From Chrysomallon squamiferum (Eukaryota; Animalia; Mollusca), in contig CM022665.1 in assembly GCA_012295275.1 (NCBI GenBank), positions 43,276,001-43,340,000 on the forward strand: a DNA stretch of 64,000 nt. Reading direction: 5' to 3'. Below the pieces are notes generated by a model, which had not been told where the DNA came from, did no database searches, and saw only the letters and a list, made by a program, of their open reading frames with translations. Both the position numbers and the translations under genes were made by a program. Below are positions 40,659 through 61,000 of the stretch, one piece after another. The first letter of the stretch is position 1. Each line of letters begins with the position of its first letter.

Positions 40659-43244
40659 GTGATTAGTCATCAGTCGTTAGTATGCTGTCTTTCGCTTTCA
40701 CTAAAACTTATTTATTCAGTTAATAATACAGTTATAAAATCCAAAAACAACCGTCCCAAGAAACACCAAATTTTTTTCTTTTTTCGTATTTATTTCCTTG
40801 TGGTTTTTTTTTTTTTTTTTTTTTTGTTTGTTTTTTTTGTTGTTTTTTATTATTATTTTATTTTGTCGGATATCCTATATTTAAAAACAAATTAAGAATA
40901 ATAATTTATAATGTAATACTTCCATAATAATACGCACAACGTTTCTTCACTTATCAATAGCTTAAATGTTGCCAAGTTTGCACACTTACACGAAATCCAA
41001 ATATGCTTCGATTTTCATCGATCTCATTTGCCAACCGGTAATAACTAAAGTGGCTGGTCCTTAGAAACTTATTAATATGATTCTTTCTGTGTCGGATATC
41101 TCAAAATAAAAGATTTCAGAAAAAAAAAAAAAAAAAATCAATATGGCGTATGAACCTGCACGCGCAGTCCTAGGTATCTCAGATACAAATTAAAGAATTT
41201 CAAAGAACCGGGTGCAACATAAAATAAAGATAATATTGGTTCTTCGATCTCCGGGGAGTGTCGCCCACAGGTCAAACGGTCAGTTAGTTACAAACTGCGA
41301 CCAGACTGGCCAGGTGAAAATCAATTGGTTTCCCTGATGGTTAATGTCCGATACTAAGGAAGTAGTAGCTCATGGTGTACCTGAAACAATGGTCAGTCAC
41401 GTGACCAGACCTGATCATTACTAATAAATAATACTAGTAATTAAAAATTATATATAATTGTAGCTTTACGTTATGTTCGCTAATAATATACATGATTATG
41501 AAAATAATACGTTAGTGTGTCTAATAAATGGTACACGAAGTTTCAGTTGCTAAAATACTGTTATGAAACCTTTTAATTAAGCATTGCAGCTTATACAGGA
41601 TCTGTGACTGAAACCAAGACGGAATTTGAGATATTGTACGAAAAGTTATTAATTAATTAAATTTTTTATGGAATTGTAAGCATATATTTATTTTTACTTG
41701 CTGTTCAAGGATGAAGAAAATGTATCAGTTTCTAACTTTCGTTTAAAAAATATAATTATATTCTATGCTATACACGTATGTCTGTGGGTTTGTGTGTGCT
41801 GTCTGCATGTGGATGCGTGTGTGTATGTGTGTGTGTGCGTGTGTGTATGTCTGTGATTGGTATTTAATGTATGCATGCAATGAGATGATGATATTAAAGC
41901 CCGTGAAACAGAAGAAATAAAATATGGCTCTCTGGACAATCTGTTAGCTAATAATCCTCATGATTACAATTACATCATAAGAAGGAATGACACACTTTTA
42001 TCTATAACATAACAAAAGGCAGGAGTGATATATCTTTTCAGGCTGATAAAACGAACTATATTTTGTTTTTAACATTATGTAGAAAAAGCGGGCTGATGCA
42101 CCACATGTAAATTCACACAAACTATCCTTTAGACCACGGTTTCCAGTTGCTGCCAGTTAGTCATGTCAGGCTTACACCGAGGAATTTTTTTTTCGTGTTC
42201 ACTTCCATCACCGTAATTACATTTTCGCGTGTTATCACCTGAGTTTTCTTTACCTTGGTCTCGTCAGATGCATTTCATTTCGCTAAAAGTCCATGTGTCG
42301 CAGTTACAAAGCAATGAGCACGACCCAAGCTACCATTTTACGGTAATGATAACTGTCTTTGCGTGACTAGGTCTTTTGTTTTGCTTTCCGGAGTTATTTT
42401 CGTCAAATATATAACGGGACTTCGAGGACAAAGAAGGTATAAAAGTGTTGATATTATACAGCGTAGCTAAATATTATTAATAATATTAGTGAACAAAAAC
42501 CTATCGAAGTATCGTTTATTTTTCTTTCTTCTCCCTTTTTGTTTTAGTTGTTTGTAGGTTTTGACGACTAGGTCCCCATATTTTTTTTTTTTTTTAAATT
42601 ACTTTTCATTAACATTATATCTTTTTAGTAATTAGAAATAAATGTTGAAATAAATTCTTAAAAATTTACTGTTTTCAATAATTTGTTTAAGTTATAGATA
42701 TAACATGTTATAATAACTGGTGCGATGGAAACGTGGGAAATCATCAAAACACAGTCTTTGATCATCACGAGTACTGAAGCCCACATTTCATGATGCACAG
42801 TGTCGATTTCCGAAAGCAGATTTTGATTATGTGATTTTTCTGTTGTTATTATTATTGTTGTTATTAACTAGTGAGGAATGGATTTATTTTCAACTCCAGT
42901 TTTTACAATAAACTAAGAAATCAGTGCAAACCAGTGAAGAAAACAAAACCAAATGTTTTGCCTTGTTTGTGTAGACAAGGCTTTCCAGGCTTTTCATGTA
43001 GAAATGTGATGCTGCCGTTGCTCAGAAATGCTAAGGATAAAGTAAACATGTCTGACGGTGGCTGGGCACCAGGTGTTCATGGTAACGGTGTTCATCTAAG
43101 ATGTAATCTCTAATAATAACTTATCTCACTTCTGTAACAGTTTTACAACGCTGCGCCATATTGTAATCTTATACAGTACAATCAACGATAGTAACGTAAA
43201 ACGTTTTTCACTGCTCACTCAGTTCACTTGAGCAGGCATATTAA

Positions 43245-43279
<35 letters not shown>

Positions 43280-43545
43280 TGTTTGTATGTTTGTATGTAT
43301 GTATGTATGTATGTATGTATGTATGTATGTATGTATGTTTGTATGTATGTCTGTATGTATGTGTATGTGAGTCTGTATGGATGTATATATGTATGTGTGT
43401 CTGTATGTATGTATGTGTGTGTTGTATGTATGTATGTATGTGTGTGTTTGTATGTATGTATGTATGTGTGTATGTACGTATGTGTGTATGTATGTATGGG
43501 TACATGTATGAATGCATGTATGTATATATGTATGTATGTATGTAT
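43245..43545. repeat. Compound (GT)n/(GTAT)n satellite, ~300 bp
   Basis: Direct reading; source of the five overlapping HTYI/CMYV ORFs. Confidence 0.95.
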
Positions 43546-44388
43546 ATATTGAAACATACACTATTTAAATATGTGTGTGTTTGTGCTACAATACTGGTTA
43601 CAACCAGAATGACATAGCATATAACAGTAACTACAAACTAGAGCATAACATATCAGATCTTTTACATAATAATATAGTTTTTCATATAAAAGCCATTACA
43701 AAACAGTGTTTTAAAGTTATAATCGGTAATTAACAATATCCCATCAACTTGGCCCTCTGTAGAAATAAAAATAATTAAAATTAGTATAGGTAATTAAAAT
43801 TAATATGGGTAATTAAAAGTATGAGTAAATACAGTGTAAATATTAATATATAATATCTAGTTTATCAGTTTGATAGACTTATTTGGCTCATTAATGTATG
43901 TGAAAAACATCTTGGAACGAGAAATAAACTGAAGATTCCACTAGTTATGTTCGATCTCATGACCCCTGTTCTCTCGCAAAAATAAAATTAATTTAAAATG
44001 ATATTGTAATGAATTTTAAATTTGCATATATTTTATTCGTGAAACCTGATTTCTTCTTTACAATGAACTTCTTGTTAGAAGATTCTTGAATACAAATGTA
44101 AAAGCAATTCAACATTATAACGCCAGACACTGAACAGACGAATAAGACCTTAAGACGACAACTGTCTCAAACTATGTAACAAAATACAAGAAGTATTTAA
44201 TACTGATATAATATTATGCTATACAGTATTACTGACTGAAATATAATGTTACGTTATAGAACGTTTAATCTACTTTGCGTGGCGAAAGAAACATGATTAT
44301 AGACCTATCAAACATTTTACAGGGGATAAAAAAATGAGACTGAGCGTTAGAGAGAGAATTTTTAGTACGTTGAAAAGAATGCATACAA

Positions 44389-44420
<32 letters not shown>

Positions 44421-47400
44421 AATAACAATAAGAGTCATGTATCAAAGCATTTAATACAATGGGAACCCAGATATAATATTTAAATCGAGATAAACCGCTA
44501 TTAAGTTACAGTTTTCTTTGTGAAAACAAATACAGACATTTATTCAAATTTTACACAGTTTACTATATAATTTTGGACATGCCGGTGTCAAACAACTAAC
44601 ACGAAATGGAGTCATTTCCGGTCGTAACGTCACGACAAACTAAGTTCCACGTAACCTCAACTGTCGGTAAAAACTTGGTTTAGAGATTAATGTGACCTGT
44701 TTAGCACACTAAACCCAGATGTAATGTCCATTTGATTACCTGTTTTTCGGAACGTTGCTTTTAATATTGTAAAATAAATATCAGAATTCATTTTGGCCAT
44801 TTGGTTTCCAACTGGAAATATTTTGTTAGCCATTGCGTTTCAGCACATAGCAATCTTGACTTGCATTCTGGAACCACGACTACATTACCAAACGTTTGTT
44901 TGTAAACAGATCTTTGATAGTAAACAGTGGACACTCGTCAAACAACATAAACAAATGTTTAATGAAGAACATATCAGCAAATATTTGTTTTCTTTATCAG
45001 ACTATTGCTTTCAATTCCAAGATTTGTTTTAAATTAATTTGCGGGAAAAATTTAGAGTACGTTTCAAATTTCTGTAACAAGCGTTGAAAAAAAGGAAAAA
45101 TAAGTTTCAAGGGAAGATATAAAATAAATCATCCAAAGAAAAATTAAGTTTATTTTTAATTTTTTTTTGAAAATAAATGTTTAACGTTTTAAATAAATAC
45201 CTAGTAGAAATTCCCATTATTCACACATTAAAAATACGTATACTTATCTGCATAATACATTTCTTTCCTGTCTTTATTTTATAGTTGTAGGCTTTAATAG
45301 AGTAAACCATTTTTATTATCATAATAACAATAACAATAACAAAAAAACATACAGACATAAAAACAAAACAAGACCACACACCCTTTAGCCTCACTTTCGA
45401 CTGTGAATATTACAAACGTTTCGAACCTGTTACCGTAACATAATACATATATTATTAACCCGTAATTTGATATCTGTGGGATAGGTAAAATCACAAACAA
45501 AACCGCATTTTTACATGGTCGATATGCAATACCAGACAAAAGAACAGAATAATAAGTAAATGTGTCTGAATAAACAAATAAACTGCACGTTTTATTATCA
45601 GAACAGTTCAGTTAAGTTATAGGATATGTTATAAAGACAAATCAAACTAATTTATCATTTTAAACAAAAAAGAAACAAATAAGTAAATAAATAAACAGAC
45701 CTCTGCTGAACATTATCATGACAATACATGCGAAAAAATAACTTAAATATTGCAAATCTTTAATGTTGTTATGATTTTATTTTTTTTTTTTTTTTTTCAG
45801 GAATTGTTCGCTCTTTTCTATCCTTTTTATTTATTGATTATTATTATTATTATTACTTTTGTATTACTATATATCATTATAATGTGTGTGCATGTGTGTG
45901 GGTGAATATTTTCTAAAACCGTTTGTCTTAAAAAAAACAAAAAACATAATGTTTTTTAAATGGAATAGATTTCAAACATAACCTACATTTACCATAAGAA
46001 GAATATTAAATTACGTTTTATTATTTATTGTAACAACTGGCGCCACAATTTAAAGTTAAAAATGCAACTTTTAATATCTTCGTCTTTTTTCGTTTTCTAA
46101 AAATAACGTCATGTTTTATTACTTGTAAAGTTTGGTGTTCTGCAAGAAATAAAAGAATCACTTAGAAGTAAACATTTTGTATCTAGGCTGTGTTTTTTTT
46201 TTATCACCAGAGGCACACTTTAATGTGGGATGGTATTAATAGGTTGATAAATGTTCTCTGTATGACTGGTGGTAAATCATTCATAACAAACTAGTATATA
46301 GAAAAACTAATGCTTAAAGATGTGGCCCAGCATCAATAATACTAATAACAATAATAACAACAACAACAACAGCATTATCATTATTGTCGTTGTTGTTGTT
46401 GTTGGAGAAACTGGACCTATCATACTGTCATTAAAATAATGTACGGGGAAAGTGCTGTCGTATCTTTTGATGAAACGGCGGGACAATAATCTGGCCCAGA
46501 AATAATACATTTTAATATATATACATTTAAATTATGCATCCCGTCTACTCAGCAGTATATTATCTTCTGTACCATGCTATATAAACGATATCATATACTC
46601 TGTTAACAACATAAGTTTTAAAAAACTACATATATTACATATTCTAAATAACACATATATAGTTCGTTACTCACTTTTTTTTTTTAAATCTTCTTTTCAA
46701 ATTTCTAAAAATTCGTATACTTTGAGATTGCCAAATGGGCGAAGCATTGTTTAAAAAGAGTAACAATCACACACGACATTCAAATCTGACACCGTAAAGG
46801 TCAACAAAAACCGGTCGACTGTTTGTCTTCACGCGAGAATGCCCGCGAATTTTAAGTCAGAAACCAAACGACAGTATTAGTGACGTTGTTAAGGTTGTGA
46901 TGCAATGTCCATAACCAGCAATAACGCTGCAGGACATTAATAAAAAAATAAATAAATAAAAAACCTAACATGGCTAATGAAAAAAAAAAAATAAACAATA
47001 TAAAAGTCGTCAGCTGATTGAATCGTTGGACAAACCGCCAAACGAAATGACCTAGATAGATGTCTGTTTATGCTTGTAAAAAAAAGAAAAAAAAAAGTGG
47101 TGTAGACCACAGTATGGAATGCCAAATATTTGTAGTTCGAAATTAAAGATGCCAATGGCTCTGATGTTGTGATAGTGTTTTAATGATATAAAAAATATGA
47201 GTGATTATATGAAACAATTATTATTATTATTTTTTATGATATAAAACAAAAAGGGTAAAGCTCTAACAAATATTTAATGGTCGATCTTTTTTTTTTTTTT
47301 TTTTTTTTTTTTCTTCAGGCATTAAATTATGTTTGTGGATAATATTTTATAATTAATTAATTTTAAAAAAGTGGATACAATGTAAAAATAAATAAATAAT

Positions 47401-47643
47401 TTTTAACAATAAAATTAAATTAAAAAAAAATAAATCTCACCATCATAAAAATAATAACGTAATTAAGACATTTACTCTAAAGTAACACCCCAACATATAT
47501 TTAACTATATATATATATATATTTAAACACGCACACACATACACAAGGAAATTAAAGGTAAGAAAAATATTTTAATAATTTAAAATATGAACTTAATTTA
47601 TTAAAAGTCATTCAGCTGTTAGTATTTTCTTTCCTGTAAAACA

Positions 47644-47674
<31 letters not shown>

Positions 47675-47688
47675 CTCTATATTATTAT

Positions 47689-47719
<31 letters not shown>

Positions 47720-47749
47720 GTTAATTTAAAATAAATAGAAAACTGGTCT

Positions 47750-47784
<35 letters not shown>

Positions 47785-48693
47785 ATTGGTGCCTTTATTT
47801 ACACTTACGAGCTTACTTAAGCTAACTTAAAGTCAGACATGTATTTAAACATTTTCAACCGTTGATATTTTCTTAATTTATAGGTTCAGAATGATGTATC
47901 TCACATACATCTGTGCTTGCATCACACACGCATTACATAAAAGAAATTTGATACAATATACATTCACACATAGATGCACAAACACAAACATATACCTACA
48001 TACATACTGATAGTTGTAATAATGTCAGCCATTCTGATTTATGCAGAACTTTGTACGAAAAAACAATAAAAAATCCAAATTAAAATTATTTCTACATCGG
48101 TGAACTGAGCGCGGAAAATTCCCAGTAGAATAATAAAACTGATATATGTAATTACAAACATGTAATGAATAGCAATAAATATGCGATCAAACACGATGTG
48201 ATAAAGGTTCGTTTGCAGTTCATAACTTTGAATCAGTTGCATTTCCAAGAAGTTACAGAATAATTTGCGCAAAAAGTATTCACCTGTATTTTTTTTTTTT
48301 TTTCTTCTTTTTGATTTTGTGCAGATATTTTTCGTCGGAAAATTTAAAATAATTTAAGAACGGAAACACGAAAATTTCAAAAACGAAGAAGGGAAGAAAT
48401 ATACATGTAATAGGTCATTAAATACATTTTATTCCAGTAAACAGAAGAATTACAATAGATGTTCTGAAGATATGTACGTCTGACTAACTCTGGAAGGTAA
48501 TGACAGTATTGAACCAGTAATCAGACTGAGTCGCCGCCATCTCTGCTGTATTAAGTTCCATCACTGTCTGGTGGCCCTCAGCCTATGGTTCAGTGAAAAA
48601 TGCTGATCACGTTAAAACTTCTGCGGTCATTATCCTTATTATTTTTGGGCTTCAGTTTTGTTTTTGTTTTTTTTGTTTTTTAATTTTAAAATT

Positions 48694-48753
<60 letters not shown>

Positions 48754-50119
48754 TTTTTTTTTTTTTTTTAACGGGATCCTTCATCTTACGGTCTTAATGA
48801 TTACGGGCAAGAATATTAAGAAAAATACGAACAATAAAAGCAATACTTTAGGCCTACTTGCTATGAAGAAACGGGTGTAAAACGAAGTAAATATCTGGTT
48901 ATTAATGTTAGCAAAAATGACAAGCATGTTCAAATAGTTCACTTAGAAGATAATGTCGTTATTGACCCAAATGTTGTAACTGACGATTGTTTCGCCACCG
49001 TGTGACATCAATTATTTAAATATTACACTGGATTTAGTGAAGCATTTCTGAACGTTTTCTCGTTTTCTATAGTTTTATTGTATTTTATTTTATTTCGAGA
49101 TTATATACATATACACGTGTCTGAACTAATTAACAGTGTTTGCAAACTTATATAAAGCGTTTTGATTTTTACGAATATTATAACAATCAACCATGAATAC
49201 GTTAAATATTATGGAATAAAATCAAAATAAAATAGCAAAAAATAACCAAATATTTGCAGGTAGAAAATTCAGGCACAGAAACAAATATACATATGTACAT
49301 TGTTATTATTATTATTATTATTATTATTTTAATTTATATTTTAAATTTTGCCATTACCAGCTTGGTACTGGACATTCTGTTCCTTACAGACAATTGTAAA
49401 TATCAGTATTTTTTATTTTCTAATATTCATATTATATATATATATATATAAAAGGTATGATACATATTGCATAAATCTTTGTATACTGCAGTGGTAAGAG
49501 ACACACAGAATTATAATAAATGAAATGTGTTTTTTTTTTTTTTTTTTTTTTAAATAAATGTTTTGCCTATATATATAATACTTTTGTTTTTGTTTTGTTT
49601 TGTTTTAATGTCCAGATAATATAAAATATGCAGTAACTAGCACTAATCACAAGCTATTTTATAAATACTTGAAACTAACAATTTTTAATATTCCACTGAC
49701 AAAAAAGATGATAGTATAAAGTTATACATATAACATTATACATTAAATATATAATAACCATAAACTGGAGAATGACTAGACAGATAGAAGTCAGAAATAA
49801 AAATGTAAATTTATGTTAAAATCATTTCTTTTGTCTATTCTGTATTTTGGGCTTTCAAACAAGCATGATCTAATCCTCAAAACATTGTTTTTTAGACATG
49901 TAATCATGAAGTTATTAAAATGTGTCTGGATTGGGAGTGTTTATAAATATATTAACAAAGATGTTTGCGGACAGAATTAAATGTGACTGACATGGATTCT
50001 GATACTGAAGATCTTACATGAAATACAACAAAAAAAACAACGAATTATTTCTTCTTTCTTGAAACTGACAAATTTGCTTTTTATTAAAACCAATTTTTCC
50101 TATAAAATAAACTCTATTG

Positions 50120-57955
<7,836 letters not shown>

Positions 57956-58090
57956 GCTGGTTTGTTAATGCGGAAGTAGTGTTTTCGCGTGAAGGAAGTT
58001 AAATCTCTCACGACAACAGAGAAAGGATTATCTCCCATCTGTATATTGACATATTAACAACTTCGTCTGGCTGTCGGACTGTCACAAATT
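57956..58090. promoter_or_regulatory. Bidirectional promoter shared by DDX52 and the C6orf89-like gene
   Basis: The divergent ATGs at 57955 (-) and 58091 (+) leave 135 bp. The interval is locally CpG-rich, with ETS/GABP-type GCGGAAGT (57970-57977) and AGGAAGT (57993-57999), E2F-like TTTTCGCG (57982-57989) and TCTCACGACA (58006-58015, resembling TCTCGCGAGA). Confidence 0.85.
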
Positions 58091-61000
58091 ATGTCGACAG
58101 AAGATACTGTAACAGAACAGGAGAAACAGATGCCGTTTGAGGAGAAATTGGAATATATAGACCGGGAAATACGAAAGCTACATGTGTTTTGTGTCAATGC
58201 TGGATACAGCCCTGCCCAAATTGATGGATTTGCATCGGTGTTTCACAAAAAGACAACTTTCCAAAAGGAGAAATGGAACCGTCGTCTGATATGGATGGCA
58301 GTTTTTGTTGCTGTTGCAGCTACGCTTTTCTATGTTGATCCCGCATATCGTGTAATGTGTGCTGTTACCAGGAAAAGTGCTATATCAGTATGTGTTGTCA
58401 TTCTACTACTTTTAAATTAATAAACATATAATAAAGTAATTAAAACTTTCTTAAAAAAAAAAAAATATATATATATATATATATATGTATGTTTTTAAAA
58501 TATAACCAAAGTATAATTAAATATCAATTAAAACCTTTATGTATTTTCATTTGAAATATTTTTTATTTTTATTATAAATTTGTACACATTTTATAGTAAA
58601 CAGCCTTACTGTTAAAAATAGGGCCAGAAATTGGTTACTATCAGAAAACAAATTAATATTGATTAGTTTGTAAGGAAGCCAATTCAATTTCATTCTTCAG
58701 TTCCCATGAAAATTGGTATCATGTAATTGGCAGTTTTATCAAGGAGAGTGTAAGACTTTCAATTAAATAAAAGTGGATAATGGCTGTATTCAGCCAATTT
58801 TCTTTTCTCTCTTAACTTTCTAACACGACTTAAGTGTAAATATCTGTAGCTCTAGTTTGAAGCAAAATGACTTATCTCTGAAGATCTCATTCACTTTATA
58901 AACAGTCATATTTTATTTGTCTGAACAGAAAAATAAATAGCCAAGTGCCAATGCAACTGTAGACTTTAACTTTTGTGTGAATTCATCAAATATAGTTTTG
59001 AGTACAAAACAGTATAATTATATTTATGATTAACAGTTGTTGTTTTTTTGTTTGTTTTTTTAAGGTGATGTAAATTTTGATTTGTACAAAATAACTTTTT
59101 TTTTTTTTTTTTAATATGCAAATATGTATTTTTTCAGATTCTTCCATTATGGGACTGGACCAGATTCTGGGATTATGAATGTTTAATAGATAATCCACTG
59201 TACACTACTGTAGAGTTAAGATTAGAAGACTGTCAGGTATTGTTCACTGATGTTAGAAGTCAATCATACAGTTTATATATAGTCATCACATAAGAAAGAG
59301 AAGTTGATAATAACAAACTTTCATCACTGGTAGGAAGTACTGTTATTTATGGGTGTTACTGGGGGCATGGGGTTGAGTATTATATTTATGTTGTTGTTTT
59401 TTAAATTATATTTATGAAACCATATCAGTTATTTCTTGAACTTTTATATTAATTTTATAAGTATTCAGATAATATCTTGTAATCAATGTTTATTTTATTA
59501 CAATTTTGTTTATTTAATTTTAAAAACCTCTTCATGTACACCCTCCCCCTCAAAAAATATATGATTATTTTAATTTCAGTTTCATTAGAATTTAAAAAAA
59601 AAAAAATGATAATTTTGTTTAATTTTAAATATAAACATGTATACAGACCTGCTTAAAGTAATTAAAATGAAGTTAATATTTTTAAATATTTCAGATCTGT
59701 GAAGGTGTTAAGGAAATCAAAAGAGTGAGAAATATTTCTGCAGACACATTTGTGAAGAATTACTTACAGAGAGACATTCCAGTTATAATTGAAGATGGCA
59801 CTGAGAACTGGCCAGGTTCAGACACATACAGCATCAAAGCTTTGGAAAATGTAATTATATATTTATGTGTGTGTGAGTTTTCACATACATATACTCACAT
59901 ATATAAATTAAATGCATGTATGTATATATAAATGTATCGAGGTGTATCTGATCTAATAAAATTAAATGCATTTATATATATATAATCTAATAAAATTAAA
60001 TTATACATATATATATGTATGTATGTATGTATGTATATACATATATATATGTCTTAGTTATTTTGTATTAAATCACATAATTTATAAATAAAAAAGGATC
60101 CAACAAAAAAATAATAAAAAACAAATTCAGCCCAAAAGACAAAAACCGACTTAAATACATTAAGAAAAAGTTTAAAATTAACAAATTTATTCATTTTTTA
60201 TTTTTTAGAATTATAAATGATTCTAGATGCTATGAATAGTGATTTAAGATTTATTTTTAGAATTAAAATGAAAATATTATGTATTTTTTATTTCGACTTA
60301 ATTTTTAAAAATATTTATTTTGATTTGTAAATTCAGGCTTTTCGAACTCATCCAGTTCTAAGAGAGTTTTCAGTCTGCCGTTTTACCAGCAACATTCGAG
60401 TTAATAATGGAAATCATCTACAGCTACTTAAACTTGCAGTGGACAATGAAATTAATGAATATTTTGTACACTGGTAGGATACACAACTTTGTCTAAATCT
60501 ATTATTTATAATACTGATATTATTTAAATACATTGTGTTTATTGTCAAGATACATTTTTCTAAGTATATTATTTTGAATGCTTATAAGAAAAACTTATCA
60601 GAATACATTATTTTGTATACTGGTATCAAAAAACCTGTCTTTTATTTTGATTATTAAAAAAAAAATTTATAAATGCTGGTAAGAAAACATTGACCAGTAC
60701 TTACTATGTTTTTGAAAAATTTAATAACTTGTATATAGGTTATTGATGAAATAATTTTTAATTTGGCATTTATTTGCTTATTAAGTTACTTCATGTTCTA
60801 TACAGAAACTGCATGAACATCAAAATCTGAAAAATGGATGTCTCATCTATTTGAAAAAACATTAAAAACCTATTAGCACATAATGACAAAAATATAAGTT
60901 CAGTACTGGATGCTTGAAATATCAACTAACTGCCAATTATGAAAATACGTTTTTACAGAAAATACCTTTTTGGGTGACATTTTCAGGGAGAACTGCTTTG

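Noticed and set aside
40334-40895. 110 and 184 aa hydrophobic ORFs resembling membrane proteins
   Set aside because: Built from poly-T, (ATT)n and (CT)n tracts.
43219-43617. Five overlapping 97-129 aa ORFs rich in HTYI/CMYV
   Set aside because: Translations of a (GT)n/(GTAT)n satellite.
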